Source: a virus
Taxonomy: Duplodnaviria > Caudoviricetes
DNA: 59,330 nt
Reading direction: 5' to 3' (one strand)
Virus record (IMG/VR): IMGVR_UViG_3300017747_003223
Span: 1-59,330 of that record
Positions 28,501-38,670 of this stretch are shown piece after piece. The notes under the pieces were generated by a model. It searched no databases and was not told the origin of the DNA. It saw only the letters and a list, made by a program, of their open reading frames with translations. The position numbers were made by a program, and so were the translations under genes. Each line of letters begins with the position of its first letter. Position 1 is the first letter of the stretch.

Positions 28501-29062
28501 TGGCAGCCGTGGCCTCTCTACTTCCCGCTGCGTACTTCTGCCATTCGAGCCCATGCTTGCCTAGACCATTCCCCAAGATAACCTTCTCCAACTGGTCATT
28601 GAATGCGACGTACTCCCCACTCCTCAGCATCTCACCCTGGCCCCGGAGGAACTGGTTGACTGCCTTGCCCGCCCTTGTATTCATGAGAGCCTGTTGGGTG
28701 GTGAGGGCCCCCGCACTAGCGAGTAACGGGGCCCTCTCCATCACATAGGCCGTGTACTTCGATGCCAGCTTGAACATATCCCCCACGGGCTTCTCACCAA
28801 TGGGGCTAGTCAGAAACAACATCCATACCCACGGGTTCATGGCCACATCAACGAGGGCATTCGTAACACTGCTGTTACCAGCGGCCATCTTCAACCTATC
28901 CGTCATGCTATCCCGCTCGCTGGGGGATAGGGACGAGGGATCAGTAATGGTGCGACCGAGGGCCCCCCACTCGCCATCCCAAGCCTGCTTGAACATGACG
29001 CCCGGTGCATCATAAACAGTAACGGGACCGAACTTGTTCCCCATTTGCACTTCAACTGGCAT
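25580..29062 (-). CDS. large internal virion/DNA-ejection protein
   Basis: ~1160 aa helical protein at the end of the structural module; AAGGAGG SD before ATG 29062; function inferred from synteny. Confidence 0.55.
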   Translation of the reverse strand: MPVEVQMGNKFGPVTVYDAPGVMFKQAWDGEWGALGRTITDPSSLSPSERDSMTDRLKMAAGNSSVTNALVDVAMNPWVWMLFLTSPIGEKPVGDMFKLASKYTAYVMERAPLLASAGALTTQQALMNTRAGKAVNQFLRGQGEMLRSGEYVAFNDQLEKVILGNGLGKHGLEWQKYAAGSREATAAKEISVSLDAALRGADKDVTRMVPILKDGKMELQAVEFPREVMIDPRTILSKYGAEGLVDSARGSFKKTAEMVFKDERAVTRLWANLPKGLGEKMNAQELAGREMVRTVMGDLVKEVEAGTITREAFEGMVKTAVLDPIRKDQFYMPLNVVSTINKGKEVGGVPVKEARWASSMRVGGSAVPRQLNPVVYHPDDLLAQAEILGATEEGTKKYQQAVEILKDTSNHDRSVRFFRIRPSESIGKHVDSMSRTYAMFVQDVGPGVREVDGTLIGKMKPWGETGTDAATHRAAFGGKRAGLDKTLKEIEGTADEPMGGFTVADVLFADYGVARNWWQRDSIGKIVVPRLLGRVGTESLLKVSAITKGKQLMGAFLDTDAATAIEGGSDFGKKFIKTMREWGDNTDDAFEEGQQLQNWITKGLYSSHLALNIPSAIVNATQPFLFAGMWGGYGNVLKGYSEAFKEMGAYISKRAATGFKPITSYERAQLLRETHKFANWKGEDLLEVAGDTMENLEGRIFQSMLTEHKVKGKAERWLFEYPMALFSKAEIMNRNVAAHTAYYRTQQAISKGIKVSPELMVDNIRTLTRESQYGSHWMNTPQAFLDETTTLGSRGQGFITGRALANPLLRQFLTFPLRSFTAWTYTGPKLAGREGMQSLIGFANDTARGMAVSALGYEVAKSLTGADISRAGLASAVTDIVPGLSQGRIDSRDTATPLPLPPILDIPLDAIKGWIEEDQALLTRTLPRLLPAGVALSRMMGSMPDLGPLKFLGQKRYAGWNTLTSDGRAPVYDQTGNLIGLEGVGTLMAKSLGVDMGALGGESGMMQYLVKQRDEITNARREYMRMMVNGQSDKAERMAKEFDKRFKVPLTVTKAQWKEFLSRMDTPRVERQLDRMPPEVREEYAKIAGQAIPENFNVPPEALVGLSTAASRTPRESVLHPETVAAIREAIKAERVPNRRRAEQPGDNRWGPFSAADFNP

Positions 29063-29081
29063 CACTGCCTCCTTGTTAACG

Positions 29082-29113
29082 AAAAAGCCCGCCACGCTTG
29101 GGACGTAGCGGGC
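29082..29113 (-). terminator. intrinsic terminator
   Basis: Minus strand GCCCGCTACG-loop-CGTGGCGGGC-TTTTT. Confidence 0.75.
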
Positions 29114-29190
29114 CTCGCACATGGCCTTAGCAAGCTCGTTGGGGTGTGTCCCGCCTCCCCCAACTCACGAGGCCATCACCGAACTTCACA

Positions 29191-29667
29191 TCATGTAGTG
29201 CTCTTTAGCCTCACATGAATGATGAGTCCTTCCATATCCAATTCAGCATGGGCACTGGTATGTATGAACAACCTTGCCCCTGCCGGTACGATTACCTTGG
29301 TGGGATCAATGGTCAGCTTGAACATGGTGTTAGCCACCGTGGACTCGCTCAAGTCCTTCTCTAACGTGATGTACTGACCAGCGATATCCGCAGCCGCCGT
29401 CGTCTGCCCATTATTAACCCACCCCAGCCTGATTATAAGTTGGTCAGCAGCCACTACCGTGCAGATGCAAGTAGCTAGCAGCACTTCCATCTCACGGTCC
29501 AAGAAGTAGGGCAGGACCTGATTGGTCTCACTACCAAGCAAGACTTGCCCCGGCGTATCCAGATTCGCACCGAAGGGCCCGAAGTCCTTGTTCACGTACT
29601 CCTGGGGATACGTGACCGCCCCATCTCCCGTCTCAGAAGGCGATCCAAAAGGAATGCTCTCCATCAC
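29191..29667 (-). CDS. virion protein, paralog B (possible capsid decoration)
   Basis: Clear similarity to 29684-30145; AGGAGG SD; followed by a terminator. Confidence 0.6.
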   Translation of the reverse strand: MMESIPFGSPSETGDGAVTYPQEYVNKDFGPFGANLDTPGQVLLGSETNQVLPYFLDREMEVLLATCICTVVAADQLIIRLGWVNNGQTTAAADIAGQYITLEKDLSESTVANTMFKLTIDPTKVIVPAGARLFIHTSAHAELDMEGLIIHVRLKSTT

Positions 29668-29683
29668 AGTTACCTCCTTCCTC

Positions 29684-30145
29684 CTAGCTGTTCTTCGTAG
29701 TCAGCCGGGCTTGAAGTTGCAGGGACCTCATAGCCGTGTTGGCCGAGGCTCCGAATACGAGGAACAGCCGCGAGAAGGCCGGGATCACGTTCTTCAACCT
29801 ATCCACGGTCAGTGCGAACTTCGTATCATCCGTGGCCGTGTTCAGGTCATAGCTGGCCGTGATGTACTGGCTAGCCGTAACCGCCTGTGCCATGGTCTGC
29901 CCATTCGTAGCATAGGCCAGCCTCATGGTCAGTGCAGCACCGGGCTTCGTCAGCATCGTGCCGATCACCGAATCCACCTTGATCTCCCTATCCGTCATGA
30001 AGGGGAGAGCTTGGTTCGCACCGTTGGTCACCGTAGTGCCACCGTTGCTCGTCGCCGCACCATTGAAGGTGCCGAAGTTGACCTGCACGAACTCCTCCGG
30101 GCAGAGTCGGGGTTCCATCGCAACTTGGGTATCAGAAGCCGCCAT
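29684..30145 (-). CDS. virion protein, paralog A (possible capsid decoration)
   Basis: Shares NQxLP..DRE, NGQT, QYIT, F.LT.D and VIPA..RLF with its neighbour. Confidence 0.6.
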   Translation of the reverse strand: MAASDTQVAMEPRLCPEEFVQVNFGTFNGAATSNGGTTVTNGANQALPFMTDREIKVDSVIGTMLTKPGAALTMRLAYATNGQTMAQAVTASQYITASYDLNTATDDTKFALTVDRLKNVIPAFSRLFLVFGASANTAMRSLQLQARLTTKNS

Positions 30146-30181
30146 CGTTCACATCCTTTCAAGAAGTCATAACAGGGTTCG

Positions 30182-30601
30182 TCAGATCATCCCGTCCAAG
30201 GGATTCTCAGGCACATCGGGATTCTTAAACTCTCCCGTACTCATCTTCATGGCGAGGGCTTCCATCAAGTCCTCCCTTGGCTTACCGCCAAACATCACAG
30301 CCCCCTTCGGCAACCTTCGTCCAGCAAGGACTTCATTGTAAAGGTGGGGATCAATAGAAGCAAGCCTGCTAGTGTTGATTGCCATCTGCCTAAGCAGACG
30401 TTGGTTCTTGGCCTGTGCCAGAGCCATCTCCCTCTGGCTATTTACTTCCATCTTGATCTGATCTTGGAGGGGGGTACCCATCGCCGCCCTAGCAATGGGG
30501 GGTGCAACCTCTGAGGCCAGCCCGCCAGCGATAGACGCACTCATCAACGGCATCTTCATTGCCGCCGACGCCCCCGCTTTTAGTGCAGTCACCAATCCCA
30601 T
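30182..30601 (-). CDS. hypothetical virion-associated protein
   Basis: ORF in the structural operon. Confidence 0.6.
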   Translation of the reverse strand: MGLVTALKAGASAAMKMPLMSASIAGGLASEVAPPIARAAMGTPLQDQIKMEVNSQREMALAQAKNQRLLRQMAINTSRLASIDPHLYNEVLAGRRLPKGAVMFGGKPREDLMEALAMKMSTGEFKNPDVPENPLDGMI

Positions 30602-30993
30602 TCCATTGCTCCTTGGCTCCGAATAATCGTCAAGCCGGGATTCCGCCTTACCAACCGCAGGCCCACTTGTTGGGGCACGACCGCCGCAAAGCCCACATAC
30701 GTGATCTTATCCGCCTCATCCCACGCTGTCCAGAGAACCGCACCATTACGGGAGACCCATCGCCGACCCCGCTGCTCAAATAGGATTCTTCGTAGCTCGC
30801 GGGCACTCACATCCCTGTGAGGAACCTTGGCGACTTTCGTTTCATCCGTGATGTTAACTACTACTTCCCCCTCACCCAATTCCGCTTCCATGATGTTCAG
30901 CCCATCCTCCAACCTAAAGAAGGAGGCCCCCACCGTATGGTGAAGAGAGGCCATCTGGCGGGACAACACCTTCACCGCTTCCCCGTTAGTCAC
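30589..30993 (-). CDS. hypothetical protein
   Basis: ORF in the structural operon. Confidence 0.55.
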   Translation of the reverse strand: MTNGEAVKVLSRQMASLHHTVGASFFRLEDGLNIMEAELGEGEVVVNITDETKVAKVPHRDVSARELRRILFEQRGRRWVSRNGAVLWTAWDEADKITYVGFAAVVPQQVGLRLVRRNPGLTIIRSQGAMEWDW

Positions 30994-33040
30994 TGACGAC
31001 TCCTAGCATGTTGGCCACGATCTCGCGGGGGTCGGGTGCCGCCTGAACGGCGATCCTACCCAGCGAGCGTTGCTTGCTCATGATGATGGATTCCAACTCC
31101 GAGTTAGCCTTGAGGGCCTCCATCCCAAACGCCCTCTGCCCCCTCTGTGCCGCATCCTCATACTCCGTCAGATTCCTGCTCAGGATATCCTCGTTGACTT
31201 GGATGCCACCCTCTTCGAGGGCCCGAGCCGCATTCATGTTCTCGACAGTCCTTCGCACTGTCTTCTCATCTTCTTTGGTGACCACCTGATTATAAGCCTC
31301 GCTGGCGATCTCCAAGCCAGCAAGGACCTCACCCGCAATCGGGATGGCCATAGCTGCCGTCTTATACCCACCCCTGCCCAGCACCCGTAGGGCCCCCCTC
31401 TTCAACTTGCTCATCTTGCCAAGCCCTGCCCGATGAGCCTCAGCAGAAGCCTTGAACCCAGCCCTAGCCTCCGTGGTAGCCTTAGCAGCTACCTCATCAC
31501 CCAGCTCCTTGGCCATCCGGCCCGCCCCCTCCTGCTTCATGTACCGCTGGGCAAACTTCTGAGGGGACTCGAACGCCGCCTTCTCCTGATACATCCTCTC
31601 GAAATGATCGGGATACTTCTTGAGCATCCGCTTTGCAAAGTCCAGCTTGGTCTCACCGGGATTCCTCATCTCCGTGGAGAAGCCCTCCGAGAGGGGGGTC
31701 TTGGAGTTGAACATCCTCTGCAAGAACTCTTCCTTGGACTCCTTCCCCCTCGTAGCCATGTATAGTTGTTGGAACTTAGGCCCCTTGGTGTTCATGTACA
31801 CCTTGCCAGTCTTCTCGTCAAACTGGATGGGAGGCCTCTCGCCCCGATAAGCCGTCCCCGAACCGTAGTAGGGGCCACCGGCCTTTTCGGGCAGAGCTAG
31901 CAAGGGCTTGTTGGGCTCGAAGGGCTTATCTACCGCGAAGCCCCTATTGACTTCTACGGGGAGCGTCTTGTTGTGCCTTGCATGGCCCAAGCCATAACGA
32001 GCAGCCGTATCCTCTGCTGTCTCTCCCGGCAAAGCGTTCGCCTTGACAAACTCATCAAACTTCGCATCACCCCCAACCACCTTACCCTCGGGGGTAGCCA
32101 GTACGGCGGGCTTACCCGGATGCTGCTTAGCGATCTCATCATCTAGATAATCGGTGGCTCGTTCCTTGGTCGTTACATCAGTGTACTTCGCAGCCTCATC
32201 TTGGGTGGGCGTACCCAGCTTCTTGAACTCAGACTTCTTTACCTTGCCCTCTTCGTCAATGTCGATGAGGTCGTCAAGGTCTTCCCCTGTGGGAGCAGCC
32301 GCCCTAGCCACCGTCCTCTTAGCGGGACCGGTCTCACCGGTTACCGCATTGCCGCTGACAGAGATTGCATCGCCCACATCATCTGCATCATCAACGAGAG
32401 AGGCAATGGTACGTCCAGCCGCCAACCCCTCGCTCTTGCCGAGTTCATGCGTGATGGACCCCAACCTCTTAGTGACCAGTGCCGTCTCTTCATCGCTCAG
32501 CTTGAGGACGTTGAGGTTCTGGTTAATCACATCGACCTCAGCCCTCCACTGTTGGAGTTGGCGGATATCGGTCTCTGTAACGATGCGATTGGGCTTCCGC
32601 AGGGCATCCATCTTGAGCTTAATGTCCCGCTCCTTGATACCCAACGCACTAATCACTCTCTTGTTCTGGCTATCGACGGGGGCATCCAGCAGGGCCTGCC
32701 GAGCGGCAGCGGCCTCCTCCTCAGCACTCAACTGATCCAGCACGGTGCCCGTAGTGGCTCCGCGACCCTGTGCGTCTGCTACTTCCAACTTGGCCTTGTT
32801 GCGGCTGGGAGCATCGGGGGTCTCAGCCTTGTGACCCTTCTTGGGCTTATCACCACTGGCCCTCTTCTTTGCAGCAAGGGCGGCGAGCCTTTCGCTCTGA
32901 GCCTTCTTCATGGCCGCAGCCTCAGCCAACCTCTTTTCAAGGGCCTGCTGAGCCGGAGAGATGACCGTAGCCTTCCCTACCTCCATCCTGCTGGGAGAGG
33001 GAATGGCCATAGCCTTCTTCACGGGTTCTTTCTCAGCCAT
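30986..33040 (-). CDS. putative internal virion/ejection protein
   Basis: 684 aa A/E/K-rich helical protein with short internal repeats (GESKEEF, GETKLDF, FESPQKF). Confidence 0.55.
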   Translation of the reverse strand: MAEKEPVKKAMAIPSPSRMEVGKATVISPAQQALEKRLAEAAAMKKAQSERLAALAAKKRASGDKPKKGHKAETPDAPSRNKAKLEVADAQGRGATTGTVLDQLSAEEEAAAARQALLDAPVDSQNKRVISALGIKERDIKLKMDALRKPNRIVTETDIRQLQQWRAEVDVINQNLNVLKLSDEETALVTKRLGSITHELGKSEGLAAGRTIASLVDDADDVGDAISVSGNAVTGETGPAKRTVARAAAPTGEDLDDLIDIDEEGKVKKSEFKKLGTPTQDEAAKYTDVTTKERATDYLDDEIAKQHPGKPAVLATPEGKVVGGDAKFDEFVKANALPGETAEDTAARYGLGHARHNKTLPVEVNRGFAVDKPFEPNKPLLALPEKAGGPYYGSGTAYRGERPPIQFDEKTGKVYMNTKGPKFQQLYMATRGKESKEEFLQRMFNSKTPLSEGFSTEMRNPGETKLDFAKRMLKKYPDHFERMYQEKAAFESPQKFAQRYMKQEGAGRMAKELGDEVAAKATTEARAGFKASAEAHRAGLGKMSKLKRGALRVLGRGGYKTAAMAIPIAGEVLAGLEIASEAYNQVVTKEDEKTVRRTVENMNAARALEEGGIQVNEDILSRNLTEYEDAAQRGQRAFGMEALKANSELESIIMSKQRSLGRIAVQAAPDPREIVANMLGVVSD

Positions 33041-33042
33041 GC

Positions 33043-34602
33043 TTAGTCACTTTCAAAAGTATCAAGGGAGAGTTCGGCAGCCCTATTGATGGAGCGGTTC
33101 TTCATGCGGTTGGTCATGAATTCCAACTCTAGCCCCAACCGATCCTTCTGAGCCTCCAACTGCTTCATCTTCTTGGCCAACTCAGATGGGACAGGCCTCT
33201 TGTCCTTCTCCATCTGGCTAATCAGATCTTGAATGTCGCGGGGCTTCATGCCAAGCCGCCTCATCTGTTGCAGGAAGTCTGGTGCAGTGTAGGACTGCTT
33301 GGCATAGCTATCCAGTAGCTTGGGCAGGAAGTCGTCCAACCGCTGGTCATACTTCACGGCCCCGATCTTGGAGCCATCCCGCCCCGCTGCCAACTCAAAG
33401 ACTTCCTTGATCCTCGACAACCCCCCATAGACACTGAGGCGGGCCTTCTTCTCCGACTCGGGCAGGCTCCTCATTTCCTCAGCCATGCTATCCCCCTTGA
33501 GGGACTTGAAGGCTTCCTTGCTGCTGCCCAATCCATCCACCAATCCTTGAACAGTTTCGATGCCCACCAGATCACCTAAGCGTGCTGAGGCCTCCTCGAA
33601 CTCGGCCAGCATCTTCTCTTCATCAGCCCCCTTGATGGCACCATCACTGGCGAGGGCCTGCTGTGCCGCGATACCAGCGGCCATGAAGTTGGTCAGGCCC
33701 GCACTGAGGTCAGCACTGGTGCCGTTCTGAACCAATGGAGCCAGCTTAGTAGACAGCTTGGTTACGATGGAATCTCCCATCATGGAGATCCTTGTAAGGG
33801 GGGAGTCGGCAACCGGCGTCTCCATCCCCACAAAGTCCATCACAGAGCGAAGCACAGAACTCTGGATAGGGTTCAGGCCTGCCTGCTGAAAGCGATCAGT
33901 AGTGGCCCTTTGGAATACTCCCTTGATACCAGTCTTCATATTCAGAGTGGTGTCGTCGATAGCCTCAGTGATGGCCTCCTTCACACCCGTAGCACCGAGG
34001 GTACCGGACTTGGCCCGAGCCGAACTGATCTTGCCCAACGTGCCCATCAACTCGCCACCCAGCGTCTCCATCTTTCCCTCGGAGAGCTTCATCTCAACTT
34101 GAAGGGCAGCCAGAGCGTCGTCAAGCTCCTTGGCCTGCTTCCGGTTCTCCTCATACTCCTTGGTATAGGCACCAAACTCTTCAGTACCCGCCCTAGCGAT
34201 CTTGGCCTTGAGAGCCTGATCCTTCTCTCGAAGAGAGGTCTTGATCTCCATCACCTTGTTCTCTTGGGCGATGAGCTGATCTTGACGAGCCTGCATGGCC
34301 TCCTGAGACTGCTTCTCGCTGGCGGCCCGAGCCTCCCTCTCCTTCTCGTTCTCGCGGGACTGATGCTCCTCGATCCTCCGCTGTTGAAGAGTGTTAGCCT
34401 CTAGCTCCTTCTCAGCAAGGGCTTCGCGGGCCTTCAACTCCTTGTCCTTCATCTGCATCTCAACTTGGAGAGCAGCCCTCTGGCGGGCAGCAGCAGCCGC
34501 CCTATCAGCAGCTTGATTGAGGTTACTCGAAATGATGCCAACCCCCGTCATGCCTTGGGGGGTCATCACATCTTCCGTAATCACGCCAGGTTGAACCGCC
34601 AT
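33043..34602 (-). CDS. coiled-coil putative ejection protein
   Basis: 519 aa with a long E/K/Q/A heptad region; synteny. Confidence 0.55.
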   Translation of the reverse strand: MAVQPGVITEDVMTPQGMTGVGIISSNLNQAADRAAAAARQRAALQVEMQMKDKELKAREALAEKELEANTLQQRRIEEHQSRENEKEREARAASEKQSQEAMQARQDQLIAQENKVMEIKTSLREKDQALKAKIARAGTEEFGAYTKEYEENRKQAKELDDALAALQVEMKLSEGKMETLGGELMGTLGKISSARAKSGTLGATGVKEAITEAIDDTTLNMKTGIKGVFQRATTDRFQQAGLNPIQSSVLRSVMDFVGMETPVADSPLTRISMMGDSIVTKLSTKLAPLVQNGTSADLSAGLTNFMAAGIAAQQALASDGAIKGADEEKMLAEFEEASARLGDLVGIETVQGLVDGLGSSKEAFKSLKGDSMAEEMRSLPESEKKARLSVYGGLSRIKEVFELAAGRDGSKIGAVKYDQRLDDFLPKLLDSYAKQSYTAPDFLQQMRRLGMKPRDIQDLISQMEKDKRPVPSELAKKMKQLEAQKDRLGLELEFMTNRMKNRSINRAAELSLDTFESD

Positions 34603-34615
34603 ACCCTACTCCTTA

Positions 34616-35818
34616 TTAAGCCCTGCGGCCCCCACCCAATGCTGGGATGTTCATGCCGCCCGGAGCCGTCGCCACGCCACCAATCGCCAGCAGGGCACTC
34701 AGGAAGCCCACCACTGTCTCGGGGTTATCTCGCACGGCCTGAGCAATAGCTAGCCTGCCGTTCATCTCGAAGTCGAGAGAGGCCAACTGAGTACCTTGAC
34801 GGGACTGGCTCCTGAACTGGCCCAGCCCCGAGATCATATTGTACCAAGCCCGCTGACCTTCTTGACCCCCAAGCAGGGCGGAGACACTGTTGGCTTCGGC
34901 CTGTCCCAGCCGACTCGCTGCCTCACCCTTGAGGGCCTCACCCTGTAGTGCGAGGGAGGCCCCACCCGTCTTCACCTTATCCGCCTCCAACTGCACGTTG
35001 GCCAGATTGACCCGGAGTTGGGCCAGAGTGTTCTCGGTCTGTTGACGCACGCCCGCCGCCATGGTAGCCGTCTGCATCCCCACATCGAACCTCAGATTCC
35101 TAGCAGCCTCCTGCCGTTCAGAGGGCGACATGAGATTACCGTCAGGCCCCAATCCCTTGGCAATCATCTTGCGGGTTTCGTCCATACCCCTTCTCAACCC
35201 AGCCACCGTAGCCTGAATCACGTTCTCTTGGGTATCCCTCGCAAACTTGGTGATGGCACCAGCAGCCGTCTTCACAGCCCTATCGCCGACTACTTGGAAG
35301 GTCTTCATACCTTCCGCAACCACCTTGTCAATCCCTCCCACTTCCTTACCGTAGCGATCCCTAGCCCCCTGCACGTTGGCCTTGATAGCCCCCTTCAACT
35401 CGTTCATCTGGTCGGTGGCCATCCCGCCAAGGCCACTCATAAGGCTATCAAGATACCCCGTGGTATCCTTGTCAATAGCCCGGAAGCGATCATCAGCCGT
35501 CCCCACAAACTCCCTCAGCAGGTCGATCTCTTTCGCGTTGCGGCCATATTGACGATCAGCCGCCCCCTGTTGACGGCCTGCCTCGGTCCTTGCTTGGCCG
35601 AACAACTGATCGACAAACGAGGGCCCACCCCGATTGCCCGGAGTCGGAGGCGTGTAGTAGGGGATGCCGCTGGGACCATAATCGACTTGGCCACCTTGAC
35701 CGGGACGCGGACTAGGCGTGCCACCGGCGTCCGAGCCGCCACCCGAGAACATGAAGTCCCCCGGATTGCGGCCAAGTGCGTAGTCGCCAAACAAGCTATT
35801 ACCGCTCTGCATAGGCAT
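34616..35818 (-). CDS. putative pilot/ejection protein
   Basis: G/A/Q-rich helical protein with a C-terminal hydrophobic segment; follows the nozzle-like gene. Confidence 0.55.
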   Translation of the reverse strand: MPMQSGNSLFGDYALGRNPGDFMFSGGGSDAGGTPSPRPGQGGQVDYGPSGIPYYTPPTPGNRGGPSFVDQLFGQARTEAGRQQGAADRQYGRNAKEIDLLREFVGTADDRFRAIDKDTTGYLDSLMSGLGGMATDQMNELKGAIKANVQGARDRYGKEVGGIDKVVAEGMKTFQVVGDRAVKTAAGAITKFARDTQENVIQATVAGLRRGMDETRKMIAKGLGPDGNLMSPSERQEAARNLRFDVGMQTATMAAGVRQQTENTLAQLRVNLANVQLEADKVKTGGASLALQGEALKGEAASRLGQAEANSVSALLGGQEGQRAWYNMISGLGQFRSQSRQGTQLASLDFEMNGRLAIAQAVRDNPETVVGFLSALLAIGGVATAPGGMNIPALGGGRRA

Positions 35819-38667
35819 TAGTCACGCCTCCTCATTGTGTCCTCGTCACGAATAGTACCCGTGACTCTCACTGATAGCAACTGGAAATCTAGGTCACTGA
35901 CAAAGATACGCACACCGGGATGCACCGCATTACCCTGTACGCCCGTGCGACCTTCTGCATCCGTGTCGAGCGGATCAGAGAAGGCAGCAGCATTGACACT
36001 GGCCCCATTCATCACACTTTGGACTTGGGCCCGTCGATTATCTTCGGGGAACCTCTTGTCGGCAGGCATCGTGGCATTGCCCAAGTAGACCGTACCCTCA
36101 TAGCGGGCCTCAGTATCATCCACACCCGAGTAAGTAACACTGGTGAAGGATGCAACGAGGGAGTCCACATGCCTCACCGCATGGAACTCACCATTCTGCC
36201 CATACTCAAAGCCCTCTTCATTCTCCAACCCAAGTGCAGAGCCCACCCACTCAAAGTACATGGGGCTCACGGAGAACTTGGTGCCGCTGGGCAGGCTCAC
36301 CATCTTAGGCTGAACATCCAGCCGATTAGCACTGACCCGATAGTTGACGGTCAGCTTCCATCCCACGTAGGGCCCATCCAGCACATACAGCACGGCCCCC
36401 TCAGCATTCAAGGGCACGCTCTCGACCGCATCAAACGTAGTAGTACCAGCCAGATAGGGCTGGGCTAGCGTCAGGATGAGGTTACCGCTGGGCTGTAGCG
36501 TGGTAACCGTACCCTTCGTCCGGTTGTAGTCATACACGAACACCCGCCACTTGTAGTCAGTAGCATTGGTCCTGATGTATTGTACGAATACGGCCCGCTT
36601 TTGAAGCCTCGTTAGGGTGCCCACCGAATACGGAACATCACCCTCTTTAACGTGGATGAAGGTCATATCCACGAACTCGGTCATCCTGTCCGCTCGGACC
36701 CATAGAGCCACAGCTTCTTCAGCGTTAGGATTGAGAAGGAACACCACACTCGAAGGCGTGTCGTATGCCATCTCCACCACATCAAGATCCGGTGCCCAAT
36801 CGAGTTGGATAACCTCATTGATAACTCCAAGGTCCGTCAACTGTCCCTGTGAGTTGACCTTTTGAAGACCATGCTCCGTGATATAGAAGACGCTGCTACC
36901 TACTTGACAAGAGGCCCTATGGCCCGGAATGCCGTAACCACCGTGCATGATCTGAGCCTTCATGTGGGTGATCTCGCGGCGGAACAAGTAGGGGTTCTGC
37001 CTACTGAGTGCGAGTACATTAGGTCCCAGCTTGTGGAACCTATTGATCTCTTCGTCGGGCATCTCAAGGGTGTACCGATTGGATGGGGGCACCAGCTCTG
37101 GACTGATCTCCAAGAGGCTGGACCACATCACCTTACCCAACCCACCAATCGTATCATCCAACTGACCGAAGGCCCCCATCAGCAGTGCCCCCTCATAGGG
37201 GATCACGCTACCGGCGTAGGGCATCTGCTCAAGGTATACATCATCCCCTTGGAAGGTCTCCTGCACGTTCAGTTCTTCATCTGAGAGGACGGGGAAGTAC
37301 GCAGCCACCTTCCACGGGGCGGCGGGCTGGGTATCAATCAGATAGTCAGCAAGAGTGACGCTGGCCTCTAGGGAGAGGATGGTCTCATCCGCCGTTAGCC
37401 CCTGTGCCGTCCTCCCCCTATACAACAGCATCGTATCGTATCTAGTGCTATCGTAGATGATCTGGATCATCGGGAAGGTGATGGGGATGATGTTGGAGTT
37501 CTTAGACCCCAACTCCGTGTTCACTTCCTCGATGACCCCCGAATCTCCATACCCATCACTCCCACTTTCCAATCGGGTGCTAAGCTGCGAGAGCCTACCC
37601 GTGGTAGAATCAAATAGCCTATAAGCCCATACGAACGAGGTATGAGTGAAGCCCATCGGGGTGTTGCTTGCCCTTGCTCCCTTGTTCCAGCCCCAATCCT
37701 CCCGCTCATGGTTCGCACTAGGGGGAGCTGGATAGCTGTAGCCAGACCTGACTCCGTTGACCCACCAATCCACATCAAGGAAGGTGGGATCGGGCTGGGG
37801 CGGCACAGCCCACAACCCAAGGTCCGATGGTCCGTTGAGGGCCTGATCCGTTATGGTGGGGCTGGGCAGATTCCTGATCTGCAAGGCGGGGTTACTGACA
37901 TAGGTAACACCATCCGAAGATACTTGATGGAGGCCAGAGAAGCCGAAGTAGACGACGCGGGCACTGGCATCCAGATCCCCTGCGGGAGCCGTCATGGCCG
38001 GTACCACTTCCGTCACATCCTGATTGGCCGTCCTACCACCACCCACCGTAATCAAGGCACTGGCGGAGTTCTTCGCGGGATTGATGAGTTCGGGCACGGG
38101 ACCGGGCCCCGTAGTCTCCGTCACCACCAGCGTGTAGTTACCCGGTGTAGGCTCATCGAGGTAGAAGACGAAGGGCCTCTTGCTGCTACGGAAGACATAG
38201 ACGAAGCGGCCCACCATCGCTACTTGAGCCTGCTCCCCGTCCCAATCTTCCGGGGCCGTCAATCCTTGAACCTTGCCCATGTCGGCATCGTTCAGCCACG
38301 TAAGACTATCCCCCACCCTAATCTTCAATCTCCAGATGGCCTTGGTCTCAGTATCATTCAGCACCTGATAGAGGAAGCCATAAGCGTACTTGGCATCGCC
38401 CACGGAGAAGGTGATGGGCTCCCACGCGGTCATCCGCCCGCCCTTATTCAACCCGTTGGTACTCAGCAACTCAGCATCAGTGCCGAAGCCGTAGGTGAGG
38501 TCCACGACGCTCTTAAAGCCCGTGGAGGGACGCAAGCCACCGTCCCGGTTTCCGTCCACTCCAATAAGGCGAGCGGCCATCCCAGCCGGGGTAGCCGTTC
38601 GGGAGGCCCGTCGCGTTGCCGTCACATTGGTGAGGTTGTATCGCCAGCCGGGCTTGACTTCCGCCAT
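35818..38667 (-). CDS. tail nozzle/stabilisation-like protein (P22 gp10/T7 gp12-like position)
   Basis: 949 aa beta-rich protein; propeller-like segments (GIPGHRAS..VGSSVFYIT); synteny. Confidence 0.55.
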   Translation of the reverse strand: MAEVKPGWRYNLTNVTATRRASRTATPAGMAARLIGVDGNRDGGLRPSTGFKSVVDLTYGFGTDAELLSTNGLNKGGRMTAWEPITFSVGDAKYAYGFLYQVLNDTETKAIWRLKIRVGDSLTWLNDADMGKVQGLTAPEDWDGEQAQVAMVGRFVYVFRSSKRPFVFYLDEPTPGNYTLVVTETTGPGPVPELINPAKNSASALITVGGGRTANQDVTEVVPAMTAPAGDLDASARVVYFGFSGLHQVSSDGVTYVSNPALQIRNLPSPTITDQALNGPSDLGLWAVPPQPDPTFLDVDWWVNGVRSGYSYPAPPSANHEREDWGWNKGARASNTPMGFTHTSFVWAYRLFDSTTGRLSQLSTRLESGSDGYGDSGVIEEVNTELGSKNSNIIPITFPMIQIIYDSTRYDTMLLYRGRTAQGLTADETILSLEASVTLADYLIDTQPAAPWKVAAYFPVLSDEELNVQETFQGDDVYLEQMPYAGSVIPYEGALLMGAFGQLDDTIGGLGKVMWSSLLEISPELVPPSNRYTLEMPDEEINRFHKLGPNVLALSRQNPYLFRREITHMKAQIMHGGYGIPGHRASCQVGSSVFYITEHGLQKVNSQGQLTDLGVINEVIQLDWAPDLDVVEMAYDTPSSVVFLLNPNAEEAVALWVRADRMTEFVDMTFIHVKEGDVPYSVGTLTRLQKRAVFVQYIRTNATDYKWRVFVYDYNRTKGTVTTLQPSGNLILTLAQPYLAGTTTFDAVESVPLNAEGAVLYVLDGPYVGWKLTVNYRVSANRLDVQPKMVSLPSGTKFSVSPMYFEWVGSALGLENEEGFEYGQNGEFHAVRHVDSLVASFTSVTYSGVDDTEARYEGTVYLGNATMPADKRFPEDNRRAQVQSVMNGASVNAAAFSDPLDTDAEGRTGVQGNAVHPGVRIFVSDLDFQLLSVRVTGTIRDEDTMRRRD

Positions 38668-38670
38668 TCC

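Noticed and set aside
25580-35818. Tape-measure protein or virion RNA polymerase
   Set aside because: No tail tube or chaperone genes and no RNAP catalytic motifs seen; the layout fits podoviral ejection proteins better
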